64,000 nucleotides of DNA from a virus (Duplodnaviria > Heunggongvirae > Uroviricota > Caudoviricetes), in IMG/VR virus record IMGVR_UViG_3300028833_002727; one strand, given 5' to 3'. Positions within the stretch are counted from its first letter, which is position 1. The number at the start of each line of letters is the position of its first letter. The notes under the pieces are model-generated. The model worked only from the letters and a program-made list of their open reading frames with translations, ran no database searches and was not told the DNA's origin. This document shows positions 20,299-30,725 of the stretch, in pieces. The position numbers and the translations under genes are program-made.

Positions 20299-20422
20299 AC
20301 CAATAAATACTTTTAGAAAAAACAAAAAATACACAAGTTCCAGAATAATTTACAAAAATTTTATTTAGGTATATAAATGAAAAATAACAGGTATTTATTG
20401 TTAAGAAATAGTGTATATAATT

Positions 20423-21886
20423 ATGATAACAAGAACGTTTTTAGATAAAACAACAACAATTAAAAGAGGTACGTTAGATAACTTTGGTTTACATCCAATT
20501 TCATTTATTGGATATGGCTCTGGCATCTATCGTTCTTTAATTCATTTTGATGTTGAGAATATCAAAAGATTGATTGAAGATAAAACATATGCTGACATTA
20601 GTAAAGTTACACACCATTTGATAATGAAAAATTGTGGATCAGTTGATACGCATGGTTTCTTTACAAAGGATGCGGCTCCAGAAATGCCAGGTATTAAAGA
20701 ACGCGCTACATCATTTGATGTTATTTTGTTTAAAGTTAATAAACATTGGGATGAAGGTGTTGGTTTCGATAATATCAACGATTTTTGGGATACTGGTAAA
20801 GGCGTTGTATCAACTGACGGTGCAACATGGTATAACGCAACAACCGATACACAATGGGATGATGAAGGTATCTACCCATTAGATTTCATTGAATATGAAT
20901 ATGAAAAATACTTATGGTTAAAAGAACATCCAGATTATAGTGGTTCTACTTCAGGTGATACGAGTGGTATTACTGAAACTATAATTGTTGGAGCACAACA
21001 TTTCGACCATGGCAACGAGAATTTAGATGTTGATATTACTGATTATGTAAATAGTTTGATTTACGGTGAAGAAAACTATGGTTTATGTTTGGCATTTATT
21101 CCAGACTTGGAAGCAACAAACAGGAAAATGACAGAATACGTTGGGTTCTTTAATAATAAGACAAATACCGTATTTGAACCTGTCGTTGAAACACGCTACA
21201 ATTGTAAGATTTCAGATGATAGAATGACTTTCTATTTGGGAAAAAACAATAAACTATATTTGTATTCTTATATTGGTGGAAAACTTGAGAATTTAGACAA
21301 CATACCTGAATGTGTTGTTGATGATTATACTTTACCTGTCGAACAAGAGAGTAAAGGTATATATGCTGCATATATTAACTTATCATCAAAAGATTACAAG
21401 AAAGATATGATTGTATATGATACGTGGAGTAAACTATCTTATAATGGAGAAGAACTAGATGATGTGGAACTTGAATTTGTTACGAAGCCAAAAGAAAATT
21501 TCTTCTCAGTATCAAGCGAAGTTTCAAAACCAAGAATATTGAATCCATTGATTTCTGGTATCAACGCAAATGAACAGTTAAATCGTGGCGAACAACGTGT
21601 AATAAAATTGTATTTCAGAGAACCATACACTGGTAAGGATTACAATTTGGTTGATAATTGTCAATATCGTATCTACGTAAAAGATGGTGAGAGAGAAGTT
21701 ACTATTGTTGATTGGGATGAAATTAACAAAATGAACACATGTAATTTGTTTACAATTAAAACAGATGAATTTGTGCCAGCAGATTATCATGTTGATGTAC
21801 GCGCACAATTTGGTGGCAGCATCAAGATATATAAAGATGAATTAAATTTCACTATCGTAAGTGATGTAAAGGAGATAAAATTATGA
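20423..21886 (+). CDS. Virion structural protein (DNRLRE/carbohydrate-binding-like N-terminal domain)
   Basis: RSLIHFD, WDEG.G, DVDITDYV motifs; late motif at 20391-20398. Confidence 0.55.
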   Translation: MITRTFLDKTTTIKRGTLDNFGLHPISFIGYGSGIYRSLIHFDVENIKRLIEDKTYADISKVTHHLIMKNCGSVDTHGFFTKDAAPEMPGIKERATSFDVILFKVNKHWDEGVGFDNINDFWDTGKGVVSTDGATWYNATTDTQWDDEGIYPLDFIEYEYEKYLWLKEHPDYSGSTSGDTSGITETIIVGAQHFDHGNENLDVDITDYVNSLIYGEENYGLCLAFIPDLEATNRKMTEYVGFFNNKTNTVFEPVVETRYNCKISDDRMTFYLGKNNKLYLYSYIGGKLENLDNIPECVVDDYTLPVEQESKGIYAAYINLSSKDYKKDMIVYDTWSKLSYNGEELDDVELEFVTKPKENFFSVSSEVSKPRILNPLISGINANEQLNRGEQRVIKLYFREPYTGKDYNLVDNCQYRIYVKDGEREVTIVDWDEINKMNTCNLFTIKTDEFVPADYHVDVRAQFGGSIKIYKDELNFTIVSDVKEIKL

Positions 21887-22752
21887 GAAAAATTATATTA
21901 ACAGAAGGGCAATTAAAATATATTCTCAATAGCGGTTCAAAAACTCCTTTAAATGAACACGTAAATGAGATTTATAATGTTAATGCTGGTATTAAATTGA
22001 TTGATGCACAGTGGGAAAGTCCAGATGATTTCTGGTATATCTATATCACTCAAAGAAAAAAGGATAATAGAGACACTTTTGTGAAGAACCATAACGCTAG
22101 CGGTAGTAAAACTTTTGGGGATAATTATATTGCATATGGTATAGTTCAAGGTAATACGAAAGAAGAAGCCATTGAATGTTTGAAAAACATTAAAATGAAC
22201 ATCAACAGAGAATATTACAATAAAATTTCAAACAAAGGGAACACCGTAACATCTGTTGAGTCTACATCATTCCCAATTCAAGCAATTGTAATGTTATGTA
22301 ATAGATTTAACGCAAGATGCTACATGGCAGTAAACAAACGTTCTATGTCAGAAACTACAGGTTATGCTGATTCATTGAAACGTAGAGGTATGGAAAGAGG
22401 AAGAGAATTCCAATTCGCTGCTGGTAGAAAAATGGTAAATAACGACCCAACAAGTGACTGGAAGAAGAAACGTCCATATGGTTTAATTGATTGCGACATA
22501 GACGACCCACAAGCACAAAAAGAATTAGAAACTTTATTAGCACAAAACAATATACCTATTTTCGATAAATATCCATCACATGATGGTATGCACTACGTTC
22601 TAAATAGTAGAGATGCTGAACGTCTTGATTTTACGAGATTTGACACAGTATATAGGAAAGGAAATGCGGCACCAGGGCGAAGAAATAGCGACCCAATGGT
22701 ACTATTCAAAGGTGACGCTTGTATTCTACTATATTCGGCTTGCGGATATTAA
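21883..22752 (+). CDS. AEP (primase-polymerase)-like fold protein with leader
   Basis: LIDCDID and PSHDGMHY motifs; leader MRKIILTEGQLKYIL...LNE. Confidence 0.45.
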   Translation: MRKIILTEGQLKYILNSGSKTPLNEHVNEIYNVNAGIKLIDAQWESPDDFWYIYITQRKKDNRDTFVKNHNASGSKTFGDNYIAYGIVQGNTKEEAIECLKNIKMNINREYYNKISNKGNTVTSVESTSFPIQAIVMLCNRFNARCYMAVNKRSMSETTGYADSLKRRGMERGREFQFAAGRKMVNNDPTSDWKKKRPYGLIDCDIDDPQAQKELETLLAQNNIPIFDKYPSHDGMHYVLNSRDAERLDFTRFDTVYRKGNAAPGRRNSDPMVLFKGDACILLYSACGY

Positions 22753-22784
22753 AAAAAAGCACTGATTGGTTTCAGTGCTTTTTT
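22751..22784. terminator. Bidirectional terminator between convergent genes
   Basis: AAAAAAGCACTGA-TTGGTT-TCAGTGCTTTTTT. Confidence 0.85.
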
Positions 22785-23775
22785 AATTTATACGTACGTT
22801 CTTACTTAACAATTTATCATACAATCCGTTGAATGTGTTACCAACCATTTCAACTTTTACACCATTTGTTTTTGTCAAGTAATCGTTTGCTTGATTTTGG
22901 TTTTTCTTCTCTCTTGTTCCTCTACCAAACTTCAAATCTAATGCTTTTGCATAATCATCTTCAACAGGGGTATCATTATTGTAATTATGAGTATGTGATT
23001 TGAACATTTGTAAGAACGCCATTAAGAAATCTACTAATGTGTCGCCGTAAGGTAATACATGTGCTTCATTTATGATTTTCTGTAAATTTTCATCAGTAAT
23101 TTGTTCATCAGTATTAACAAGTTCATTCCCACCAAACAAAGGATCCTTTGATTTATGTGATAACAATGCGATTTCATCTGCAACGATTGTTGCTGTAGAC
23201 ATTGAATCTGGCGTTCTTGGTTGTAAGGTGTTAGTTAATGGTGTTTCGTGATATTTTAACTTAATAAAGGCTGGATTTTTCTTATTAAACTCAATGTTAC
23301 TACTATCCGAATTACCACGTACTGGTGTCAATAATCGTGAACCACATCTAATACGAACATCATTATCACTTAGAACAACATCTGCATTTCGTCTACTGTA
23401 AATCGCAACTTCATCTGGTTTCGCAAGTGCGCCAGCAGCAGTTGCATCCTGAGCAACGCTTTGCTTTGGTTTCGCGATACTTCTCTTTAATAAAGCAGTC
23501 GCACCGAATTGGCTGTCATCATAATGCATATCTTGTGGTTGTGAAATAATTGGGCCTATATAGTATCTTTGTGTCGCTTGTATTCCATCAACTGCACATA
23601 TTACTAATACAGACTCTCCAACCTTTGGTTTAACGTGTAGGTGTTTTGGTAATAGAGGGAATGCATAATCCACTTCCTCATTTTTTTTCCATAAATCACT
23701 TGGCTTTAAACGTACCTTAATTCTATCACCACCTTGTGGGTCTTCAATATCTATAACTTCACCAATATAAATCAT
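22783..23775 (-). CDS. Baseplate hub/spike protein, gp5/VgrG OB-fold-like
   Basis: IGEVIDIEDP...RIKVR...PKVGESVLV; C-terminal HTH.Y motif. Confidence 0.7.
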   Translation of the reverse strand: MIYIGEVIDIEDPQGGDRIKVRLKPSDLWKKNEEVDYAFPLLPKHLHVKPKVGESVLVICAVDGIQATQRYYIGPIISQPQDMHYDDSQFGATALLKRSIAKPKQSVAQDATAAGALAKPDEVAIYSRRNADVVLSDNDVRIRCGSRLLTPVRGNSDSSNIEFNKKNPAFIKLKYHETPLTNTLQPRTPDSMSTATIVADEIALLSHKSKDPLFGGNELVNTDEQITDENLQKIINEAHVLPYGDTLVDFLMAFLQMFKSHTHNYNNDTPVEDDYAKALDLKFGRGTREKKNQNQANDYLTKTNGVKVEMVGNTFNGLYDKLLSKNVRIN

Positions 23776-23777
23776 AA

Positions 23778-24173
23778 TTAACCAACAATTCCATCGCCGT
23801 GTGCGGCGTTTATATTAAAACCTGTTATTTGTACTGGTCCACCAGCATTTGAACCAGTTCCAGTAATTTGTATACCACCGATAGGTATACCTATTTGTAC
23901 ACGAGCATCCATTTTTAATGCTTTAACCATTTCCTCAACACGAATACGTTCCATAGCCTCTGATACATTTGCGCTACCATCTGCTGCTGGGCCGAATGGA
24001 GCACCAGCCTCGCTTTGTCTACGTATAATGTTAGATGCAATAATCATTGCAGACAAACCAGGTCGTTGAACGGCACTACATACCAACAGAATTGCTGGTA
24101 TATATGTCAGTGGTACTCTACAATACTGTATTGCTTTTTCAATACCATCACAAATTTTTTGTATTCCGTACAT
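23778..24173 (-). CDS. Hypothetical virion protein
   Basis: Late operon next to the hub gene; Gly-rich beta C-terminus. Confidence 0.55.
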   Translation of the reverse strand: MYGIQKICDGIEKAIQYCRVPLTYIPAILLVCSAVQRPGLSAMIIASNIIRRQSEAGAPFGPAADGSANVSEAMERIRVEEMVKALKMDARVQIGIPIGGIQITGTGSNAGGPVQITGFNINAAHGDGIVG

Positions 24174-24192
24174 ATCTATCTATTTCTTTTTA

Positions 24193-26079
24193 TTAACATG
24201 GTAATTCTGGTTCTGTTTGTTCCTTCTCACCACCAGTATTAGCAATAATATCAGCGTAATTAACATTATCTATTTGAGTATTTAGAGCATCACCACCACC
24301 AAATCTCAATAATGGGATACAGTTCAAGATTAAGTTTTGTATCAATTCTTTATAGTACTTAATTGTTTCTAGTGCTAATTTACTGATTAACAATTCCAAT
24401 AGTGGTTTTAATTGTTGCATCATAAAATTATACAACTCTTTAACAATAATATCTTTTACACTTTCAATAATATTTGTTATTAAATTATCAAAGTGTTTCA
24501 AGAAATTCTCCCAGTCATTTAAATCACCAACATCACCCAATATTTGTGAGTTAATTGCGAATAAGATACCAACTTTAGGGCTTAACACTTGTAGAACTAT
24601 TTGAACCACTGTTTGTTTAACGAAATCCATTATGAAATCAGCACCAATTTTGTGGTTCATTATGATTTCAACACCACCAGTAATGCCAGAAGTACCTTGT
24701 GCTTGGTATGCAGTTGTTTCTATTACACGTTTTAATAGTGCTGATTGCCCAACCTTTTCTGGATTATCACCAATTGCACCGAGTGCATCATAAATATCAT
24801 CATATTTGTCATTTTTTGGTGACGTTGGGTCTAAATAAGAACCAGTATATGATTGCGTTACTTCATCAATCATTTGTTGATATGCTGAGTTATCAAATTT
24901 ATAGTAACAATCATCAGCAACCTCTGTGTCTGATTGAACCATTATCTTCTCAACAATATCTTCAACTTTTTTCTGTGCTTGTTTTTGTTCGATTGAGAAT
25001 GAGTAGGAGAATGATGATGCTAAACCAAGTAGTGAATTAACAATGTTTGCTAACAATGTTTTGGTATCAAACAATTTCAAACTATATATGTAGTCATAGT
25101 TAAACTCAAATATAGTTTTGTTAATTGCAAATTCGTGATACTCTCCTCCTCCAACTGGTGTCTTAAATTTTCGTGTTCTATAATATCTATCAGCGTTCAA
25201 CCATACATTTAGTACATTCGCATATGCTTGGCTGCTACCTTTTTCGGTATATTGGCAAATAATATATTGTTCTTTTTCGCAAACTGTAGTACCATTAACT
25301 TTGATTGGTACTCTTGGTTTATTTGCGTCTGGATATTGAAGTGTCTCAAAGAATTTAGCCTCCGCACCAGAAACATCTTTGTATTTTTTATACGCTTTAT
25401 TTCTGTTATCCCAAGTGTTTTTTTGCCTCTCGGTATTGTTGCCAATGTTACCCTTATTTATTACGTACCACAAAAACGCATTAAAGTCACGAGATTTGTA
25501 TAAATCATTTGGTATGTAATGCGGTCCTTCAACTGGTATATTATCAACATTTGTTGTAATTGTTTTTGGGTCGTAAGCATCAAAGTAAAACACACCACCT
25601 TTCTTATTTGACGGACAGTTAGCCAATAATCCAAACAAGTCAATTGATTGAATATTTATTTCGATTTTATTTTTCCTTGTTGGATCGGATGGTAATGGAA
25701 AATCAGCACTTGGGTCTTGTCTTGGTGTACCATTATCAATAGCATATTTCATCAAATTATCTGGTAGTATCGGATTGAAATTACATGAGAATATACCTTT
25801 AAGGTTAAGTAGAAGAATACCTTTAATAGTCCATTCTATTGCATCTAAAACGCCATCATTCTCATCACCTACAATTTTACAAATCCAGTTAATAATGTCT
25901 GCTTGAGACACACCGAAAATTTCTAACAAACTTAGTAGAAAACCAATAGATGTGTTTACACTAAAATTTGTTAGCATTGAATCGGTTGTTGTTAAAACTG
26001 GGTATCTATCCAGTAAAGTGTTTATCGCTGCTATTTTAGCGAAAACTTCCGATTGTCTACCGTTTAAATGACTAGCCAT
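24193..26079 (-). CDS. Hypothetical virion protein
   Basis: 628-aa ORF in the late operon. Confidence 0.6.
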   Translation of the reverse strand: MASHLNGRQSEVFAKIAAINTLLDRYPVLTTTDSMLTNFSVNTSIGFLLSLLEIFGVSQADIINWICKIVGDENDGVLDAIEWTIKGILLLNLKGIFSCNFNPILPDNLMKYAIDNGTPRQDPSADFPLPSDPTRKNKIEINIQSIDLFGLLANCPSNKKGGVFYFDAYDPKTITTNVDNIPVEGPHYIPNDLYKSRDFNAFLWYVINKGNIGNNTERQKNTWDNRNKAYKKYKDVSGAEAKFFETLQYPDANKPRVPIKVNGTTVCEKEQYIICQYTEKGSSQAYANVLNVWLNADRYYRTRKFKTPVGGGEYHEFAINKTIFEFNYDYIYSLKLFDTKTLLANIVNSLLGLASSFSYSFSIEQKQAQKKVEDIVEKIMVQSDTEVADDCYYKFDNSAYQQMIDEVTQSYTGSYLDPTSPKNDKYDDIYDALGAIGDNPEKVGQSALLKRVIETTAYQAQGTSGITGGVEIIMNHKIGADFIMDFVKQTVVQIVLQVLSPKVGILFAINSQILGDVGDLNDWENFLKHFDNLITNIIESVKDIIVKELYNFMMQQLKPLLELLISKLALETIKYYKELIQNLILNCIPLLRFGGGDALNTQIDNVNYADIIANTGGEKEQTEPELPC

Positions 26080-26489
26080 TAGTGAATATTGTAGTTGTTA
26101 GTTTTAGTATTATCACCTTGTGTATTTATATCTTTAGCCAATTCCTTCAATTTAGCAATATCGAATGTTGATGGAATTGCCTTTGTATCTTCAAGAGCAC
26201 CTTTAACGTCGCCACCATGTTTCAATACTTCAGCCATCAATTTAGCAATATCATATTTTTGCCCAATAGATTTTTGTTGTAAAGCAATATAGTTATTCAT
26301 AATCTTACCATATTTTTCTTTACCATCAATATCTAAATCGTTGATTTCTGTCGTATTAGCAATCTTATTGATTTCATTTTGAATTTGTGTTGCCTGTAAG
26401 CACGCAAGGTTATAAGTTTCTTGTAACAATTGCTCAATTTTCTCAACACTATTGAGTTTTACTGTGTATTTCTTTTTTGTTGCATCCAT
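26079..26489 (-). CDS. Hypothetical coiled-coil protein
   Basis: First gene after the late motif at 26507-26514. Confidence 0.6.
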   Translation of the reverse strand: MDATKKKYTVKLNSVEKIEQLLQETYNLACLQATQIQNEINKIANTTEINDLDIDGKEKYGKIMNNYIALQQKSIGQKYDIAKLMAEVLKHGGDVKGALEDTKAIPSTFDIAKLKELAKDINTQGDNTKTNNYNIH

Positions 26490-26536
26490 TGTTTTACTCT
26501 TTTCTAATAAATACCAAAAATTATAGTTTTCTACCG

Positions 26537-27667
26537 TTAATTGATAATAAAATCCTTAATGATAAGGAACTCTTTTTTGAATTTTTTTAGGTTATCTCTC
26601 ACACCTTTTGTATCGAGTCCTGTGTGTTCTCTTAAAAACAACAACACAACACTTTTATTTAGTTTACTACTGTTGTCGGTTGATAAAACATAATCCCAGT
26701 TTTTGAATAGGGTTATAAGGGCTTTACCAATTTTTACTTCATTATCTTTCAAACCGTACTGATCCGGAAATGAAATCATTTCGTTTATACGCTTTGTTAA
26801 AAGATTTACTTCTTCTTCCGCAATCCTTTTGCTTTTATCATTGTTTCCGGTAGAGTAACTAATATCATTCGAGAAGTCAAGTTCAAGCGCATCATATGAC
26901 GGATTTCGAATTAACATTTTTTGTGTCTTTTCGCGTTTACCTATCAAGTAATTTTTACAGATATTACTATAATATGAGTATGCCCTTTTACCTTTTGATG
27001 CGTCGAATTTATCAGCTTTACTTAAAAGGTGAGATAGTGTATCTGTATACGTATCTAAAAATTCTTCGTTTGGAATGTACAGTTCTTGTCCCCTAATTAT
27101 GGCTTCAACCATTTTCTTAAATGCTGGTTTCAATTTCTCATTGAAAATCGCATCCTTTTTAACTTGTAGTTCACTTATTTCATTTTCCCAATCACTAACT
27201 TTATTTTTGTCATCTTCATTAGTTAATGTAATTAGTTTTGACTCTTGGATTAAATCGTATAACTGCAAGTCTTTGTTTTCAGCAAATAACTTGTCAAACC
27301 ATTCTTCAGTCCAACCGAATTTTAGTAATATTATCTGCTTTACTAACGCAGAAATGGTTCTTGAATACTCTATGTACTCAATAACCGCTAATTCCTGCTC
27401 TTCGCCAAAATAAATCCTGTCTTTTGGCTTACGCCCTCTTTTTGACTTTGGTTTGTCTTCTGTTGTAACTTCCTCTACCTCAATGTCATCACAATCTTCA
27501 TATAGTTTATCTTCGTCGACATTTTCAAAATCATCATCGTCATCATCATCGTTTAATATCTTATTAACAGAATCTTCATCATATAAATAATCATATTCGT
27601 TGATAGAATATTTGTAGTCTTTTTTAATGTCGTCTTCTGGATAAAATTCATCTAAAATTTCCCTCAT
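26537..27667 (-). CDS. Late-transcription sigma factor, T4 gp55-like, with acidic N-terminal extension
   Basis: KFDASKGKRAYSYYSNICKNYL resembles the gp55 region 2 pattern FDP.K..N.F.YFT.I. Confidence 0.65.
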   Translation of the reverse strand: MREILDEFYPEDDIKKDYKYSINEYDYLYDEDSVNKILNDDDDDDDFENVDEDKLYEDCDDIEVEEVTTEDKPKSKRGRKPKDRIYFGEEQELAVIEYIEYSRTISALVKQIILLKFGWTEEWFDKLFAENKDLQLYDLIQESKLITLTNEDDKNKVSDWENEISELQVKKDAIFNEKLKPAFKKMVEAIIRGQELYIPNEEFLDTYTDTLSHLLSKADKFDASKGKRAYSYYSNICKNYLIGKREKTQKMLIRNPSYDALELDFSNDISYSTGNNDKSKRIAEEEVNLLTKRINEMISFPDQYGLKDNEVKIGKALITLFKNWDYVLSTDNSSKLNKSVVLLFLREHTGLDTKGVRDNLKKFKKEFLIIKDFIIN

Positions 27668-27807
27668 TATGTTAACATGTTGTATTTAATATCCATGTTA
27701 ATAACTATCTCCACAAAATAACATTGTGCTTTCGCATTTTATGCCATACAGCATCTTACCTTAGATAACATAGACAGACGTGTGGGCACATACCCACACG
27801 TTGTTTA

Positions 27808-28605
27808 TTATTCATTGTCTTCTGTGAAACTTTCTTCTGGTAATGGGTACTTATCAATAACATCTTGAATAAGTTGTCTACCTTCTTCTATCGGCAACTC
27901 TCTTGCCATTGTTGATAAGTATGAACTTTCTCTTAAAACAGTGTGTTTGTACCCAATACGTGGAGCGACAAATATCTTCTTACCTGATGTTACAGTATTT
28001 AATAGATACTCATACCAAGCAGCAATTTTATATTCTGGTTTTAAACCACCTAATTCTTTAAAATCGGCTGTTCTAATATAACCGCCACTTGTTAAGAAAT
28101 CTTTGAAAATAAACAAATCGTGATGTTCCACAAAACCAATTGTTCCTTTGTCGATAAATGCAACATCCCAAACGAGTTCGTTTGCTAAACCAGCAATTTC
28201 ATCTTTTGGTGTTACAATTTCTGCCATTGGTAAAATAATACTGTAATCTTTGTCTGTATATCGTTGTGCTACTTCATTCCAATATGGATAGAAAGCATCA
28301 TCTAACTCAAGAATACAGAAATATGGCGTTTTACATTTAGAAACCGCAAGATTGATTTTTGCAAACAAATCTTTTTCATCGGTTGGAACTAATGTTACAA
28401 TCTGTGTATTTTCATCACCAGCAACTTGATTGAATAGTTCATGTGCTTTTGTAATAATTTCAAGTTCACCAACTAAAAATAGTTCAGCCTTTTCAGCGCC
28501 TTTCAATTGCGTGAAACTTGTAAATGCTTTTTCCAAAAAGCCTTTAACTTCGTCATCAAATACGTGGACTGGTACAATATATGTTACTTTCTTCATATTA
28601 TTCAT
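27808..28605 (-). CDS. Glycosyltransferase, GT-A/GT2-like
   Basis: TYIVPVH N-terminus, INLAV...TPYFCILELDD, FKELGG. Confidence 0.75.
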   Translation of the reverse strand: MNNMKKVTYIVPVHVFDDEVKGFLEKAFTSFTQLKGAEKAELFLVGELEIITKAHELFNQVAGDENTQIVTLVPTDEKDLFAKINLAVSKCKTPYFCILELDDAFYPYWNEVAQRYTDKDYSIILPMAEIVTPKDEIAGLANELVWDVAFIDKGTIGFVEHHDLFIFKDFLTSGGYIRTADFKELGGLKPEYKIAAWYEYLLNTVTSGKKIFVAPRIGYKHTVLRESSYLSTMARELPIEEGRQLIQDVIDKYPLPEESFTEDNE

Positions 28606-29710
28606 CTTCTGCTTTATCTAAATTATTTTTGAATGTTTGCTTAGCAATTGTTAATTCGTTTACACGTCCAGGAATAATTCCCTTTTCAAATGTTTCAAGA
28701 ATGTCTGTATTTTGTCTTTCTTGTGTATATACAGCAAGTGTTTTTTCCATCTCTTCGTAAATTTCTTGAGGAACGGACTCGTGTAGTACAGCATTTAATA
28801 CGTTTGCTAAAATGTCTGGTAATTCCCTCATATTGTAGAACCAAACACCATTGTTGCGTAGTTTACCTTGTTCATCTACCATCCATGCTGGAATATTTTC
28901 AGGAATTTTACCAATTACGATGTTCTTACATGCCATTGCTTCCAATGCTGAATACCCAAAATCTGTATCAGGATCAATCCAAACTGTTACTTCTCCCTTT
29001 GCTACATATTTAGCATATTCTTCTTTCGGCCTACCGTTAATATATCTAAATGATACAAAACCATATTCTGGGTGACGCCATTTGAATGGTTTGGTAACGC
29101 TATTGATACATTTCGCGTCTTTACTTAAAATGTTTACAATCAATTCCTTTGGCTCATCAGTGTTCGCCTTTTCAAATAATTCATCAATAACAGGATGAAT
29201 AACATAAACCTTTACATGTGGGAAAACCTCAAGTAAACGTTCCTTCAACTCTTCAGACGTTGTGATACAGTCGTGAACTCTTAATGTTTCCCAAGATGAA
29301 CCCAATGGTATTAACTCTGTTAGATAATCAAAGTTTTCAAGAATTGCAACTTTCTTACAATGCAACTCTTTTGTTTTTGACATTACGGAACTAAATAGTT
29401 CTGGAATAAACAATATATCACTTGGTGATACATCAATAATATCGCTTGCGGCATTATAGTGTGGTAGTGCTGCATATTTTTCACCCAACCAACTACCAAC
29501 ACCAACGAAATCTTTTTCTGAATACAACATTTGCACATTGTATCCCATCTCTTTTAATTGGTATGCCAATGGATAAATGTATGATAGTGAACCAATCGGC
29601 GCACCTTTAGAATCAGCCACAAAGAAGAATAGTTTATTGTTCTTGTCTGCTAATTGTTTAATTGATACTTCTAAATCCTTAATTACTTTCTTAATTTCAG
29701 TTTTGTTCAT
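28598..29710 (-). CDS. Glycosyltransferase, GT-B/GT4-like
   Basis: DILFIPE, DFGYSALEAMACKNIVIG. Confidence 0.75.
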   Translation of the reverse strand: MNKTEIKKVIKDLEVSIKQLADKNNKLFFFVADSKGAPIGSLSYIYPLAYQLKEMGYNVQMLYSEKDFVGVGSWLGEKYAALPHYNAASDIIDVSPSDILFIPELFSSVMSKTKELHCKKVAILENFDYLTELIPLGSSWETLRVHDCITTSEELKERLLEVFPHVKVYVIHPVIDELFEKANTDEPKELIVNILSKDAKCINSVTKPFKWRHPEYGFVSFRYINGRPKEEYAKYVAKGEVTVWIDPDTDFGYSALEAMACKNIVIGKIPENIPAWMVDEQGKLRNNGVWFYNMRELPDILANVLNAVLHESVPQEIYEEMEKTLAVYTQERQNTDILETFEKGIIPGRVNELTIAKQTFKNNLDKAEDE

Positions 29711-29722
29711 ATTTTTGTCTAT

Positions 29723-30118
29723 TTATTCTTCTGTTGTTATTTTCTTAATAAAACCATATTCCATAAATGTTTGTAACGCCATAAGAGATTGTAAACTAAT
29801 CAATGGTTTGTCATTATCGTTTGCTACTGGCTTTTCTGTTAAAATAGTCGTAAGCAACATTTTTACTAAATCCAATTTAAAATCATCATACAAAGGTGTT
29901 TCTTGTGGCGTTATAACCTCATGTACTATCTTCTCAGCCAACACCATTTCCTGTTCTTCATTTAATTGGTAACTGTTGCTAATCTCTTGTTGCCTAAACT
30001 CGTTTTCTTTTTTGGTTGGATTGTTTTTCGGCTGATTACTTTTAATTTGACAATATGCTGTTATTGCATCCAAATCAAGTGAATATTCCATAAATTGCAA
30101 TTTTTCCATATTAGTCAT
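29723..30118 (-). CDS. Hypothetical protein
   Basis: ORF within the glycosyltransferase operon. Confidence 0.55.
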   Translation of the reverse strand: MTNMEKLQFMEYSLDLDAITAYCQIKSNQPKNNPTKKENEFRQQEISNSYQLNEEQEMVLAEKIVHEVITPQETPLYDDFKLDLVKMLLTTILTEKPVANDNDKPLISLQSLMALQTFMEYGFIKKITTEE

Positions 30119-30725
30119 ATTTTTTATCTAATGTTAAGATTATTTCTTTGTCAAGTAAAAATTCAGATAGACTACTATACGAATAATCTGCTTCACAGTC
30201 TTTATTGTAATCGTTTTCGATTCTGATTGATGTTTTGCCTTCTGGTTTATTATTCAATAAATTTGGATCAGCAGTAATTAGAACATCACATCTATCCCAA
30301 ATTTCAGAAGAGTCTGCTGGGAAGAAAATGTTTCTAATTCTAGTAGCCATTTTTGATAAGAAGAAACATGTGCAACCAATTGAAGCATTAAATTCCTTCG
30401 GATTACTCAATGAGACTTCTAATTTACGCTTTAACTCATCATTGTTTTCTTGTTCTAATAGCCATAAATTTAACCTCTTATCAAGTGTTTTTTCGCACGC
30501 AGTTGCTTCCCCAAAAACTTCAAACACATAATCTTCATATAAAAATTTATTAAATTCCTTTTTACTTTTGAATTCAAAAATATCCTCATAATTGTTTGTT
30601 GAAAAGTCCAGTGTCTCTAAATCAATACTCGGTTTAATGTATTTCTTGTAAATTTTACCCAACTGGACTGTCTTATTTCTTAATACATCATCAAGCGTTA
30701 AGCAAAGTCTCATATTTTTTATCAA
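30111..30725 (-). CDS. HAD/NT5C-like protein with degenerate motif I
   Basis: LCLTLDDVLRN, CDVLITADP, YNKD. Confidence 0.5.
   Translation of the reverse strand: MIKNMRLCLTLDDVLRNKTVQLGKIYKKYIKPSIDLETLDFSTNNYEDIFEFKSKKEFNKFLYEDYVFEVFGEATACEKTLDKRLNLWLLEQENNDELKRKLEVSLSNPKEFNASIGCTCFFLSKMATRIRNIFFPADSSEIWDRCDVLITADPNLLNNKPEGKTSIRIENDYNKDCEADYSYSSLSEFLLDKEIILTLDKKYD

Noticed and set aside
26079-26489. Small terminase call
   Set aside because: Size and helicity fit, but no recognisable motif and not adjacent to the large terminase
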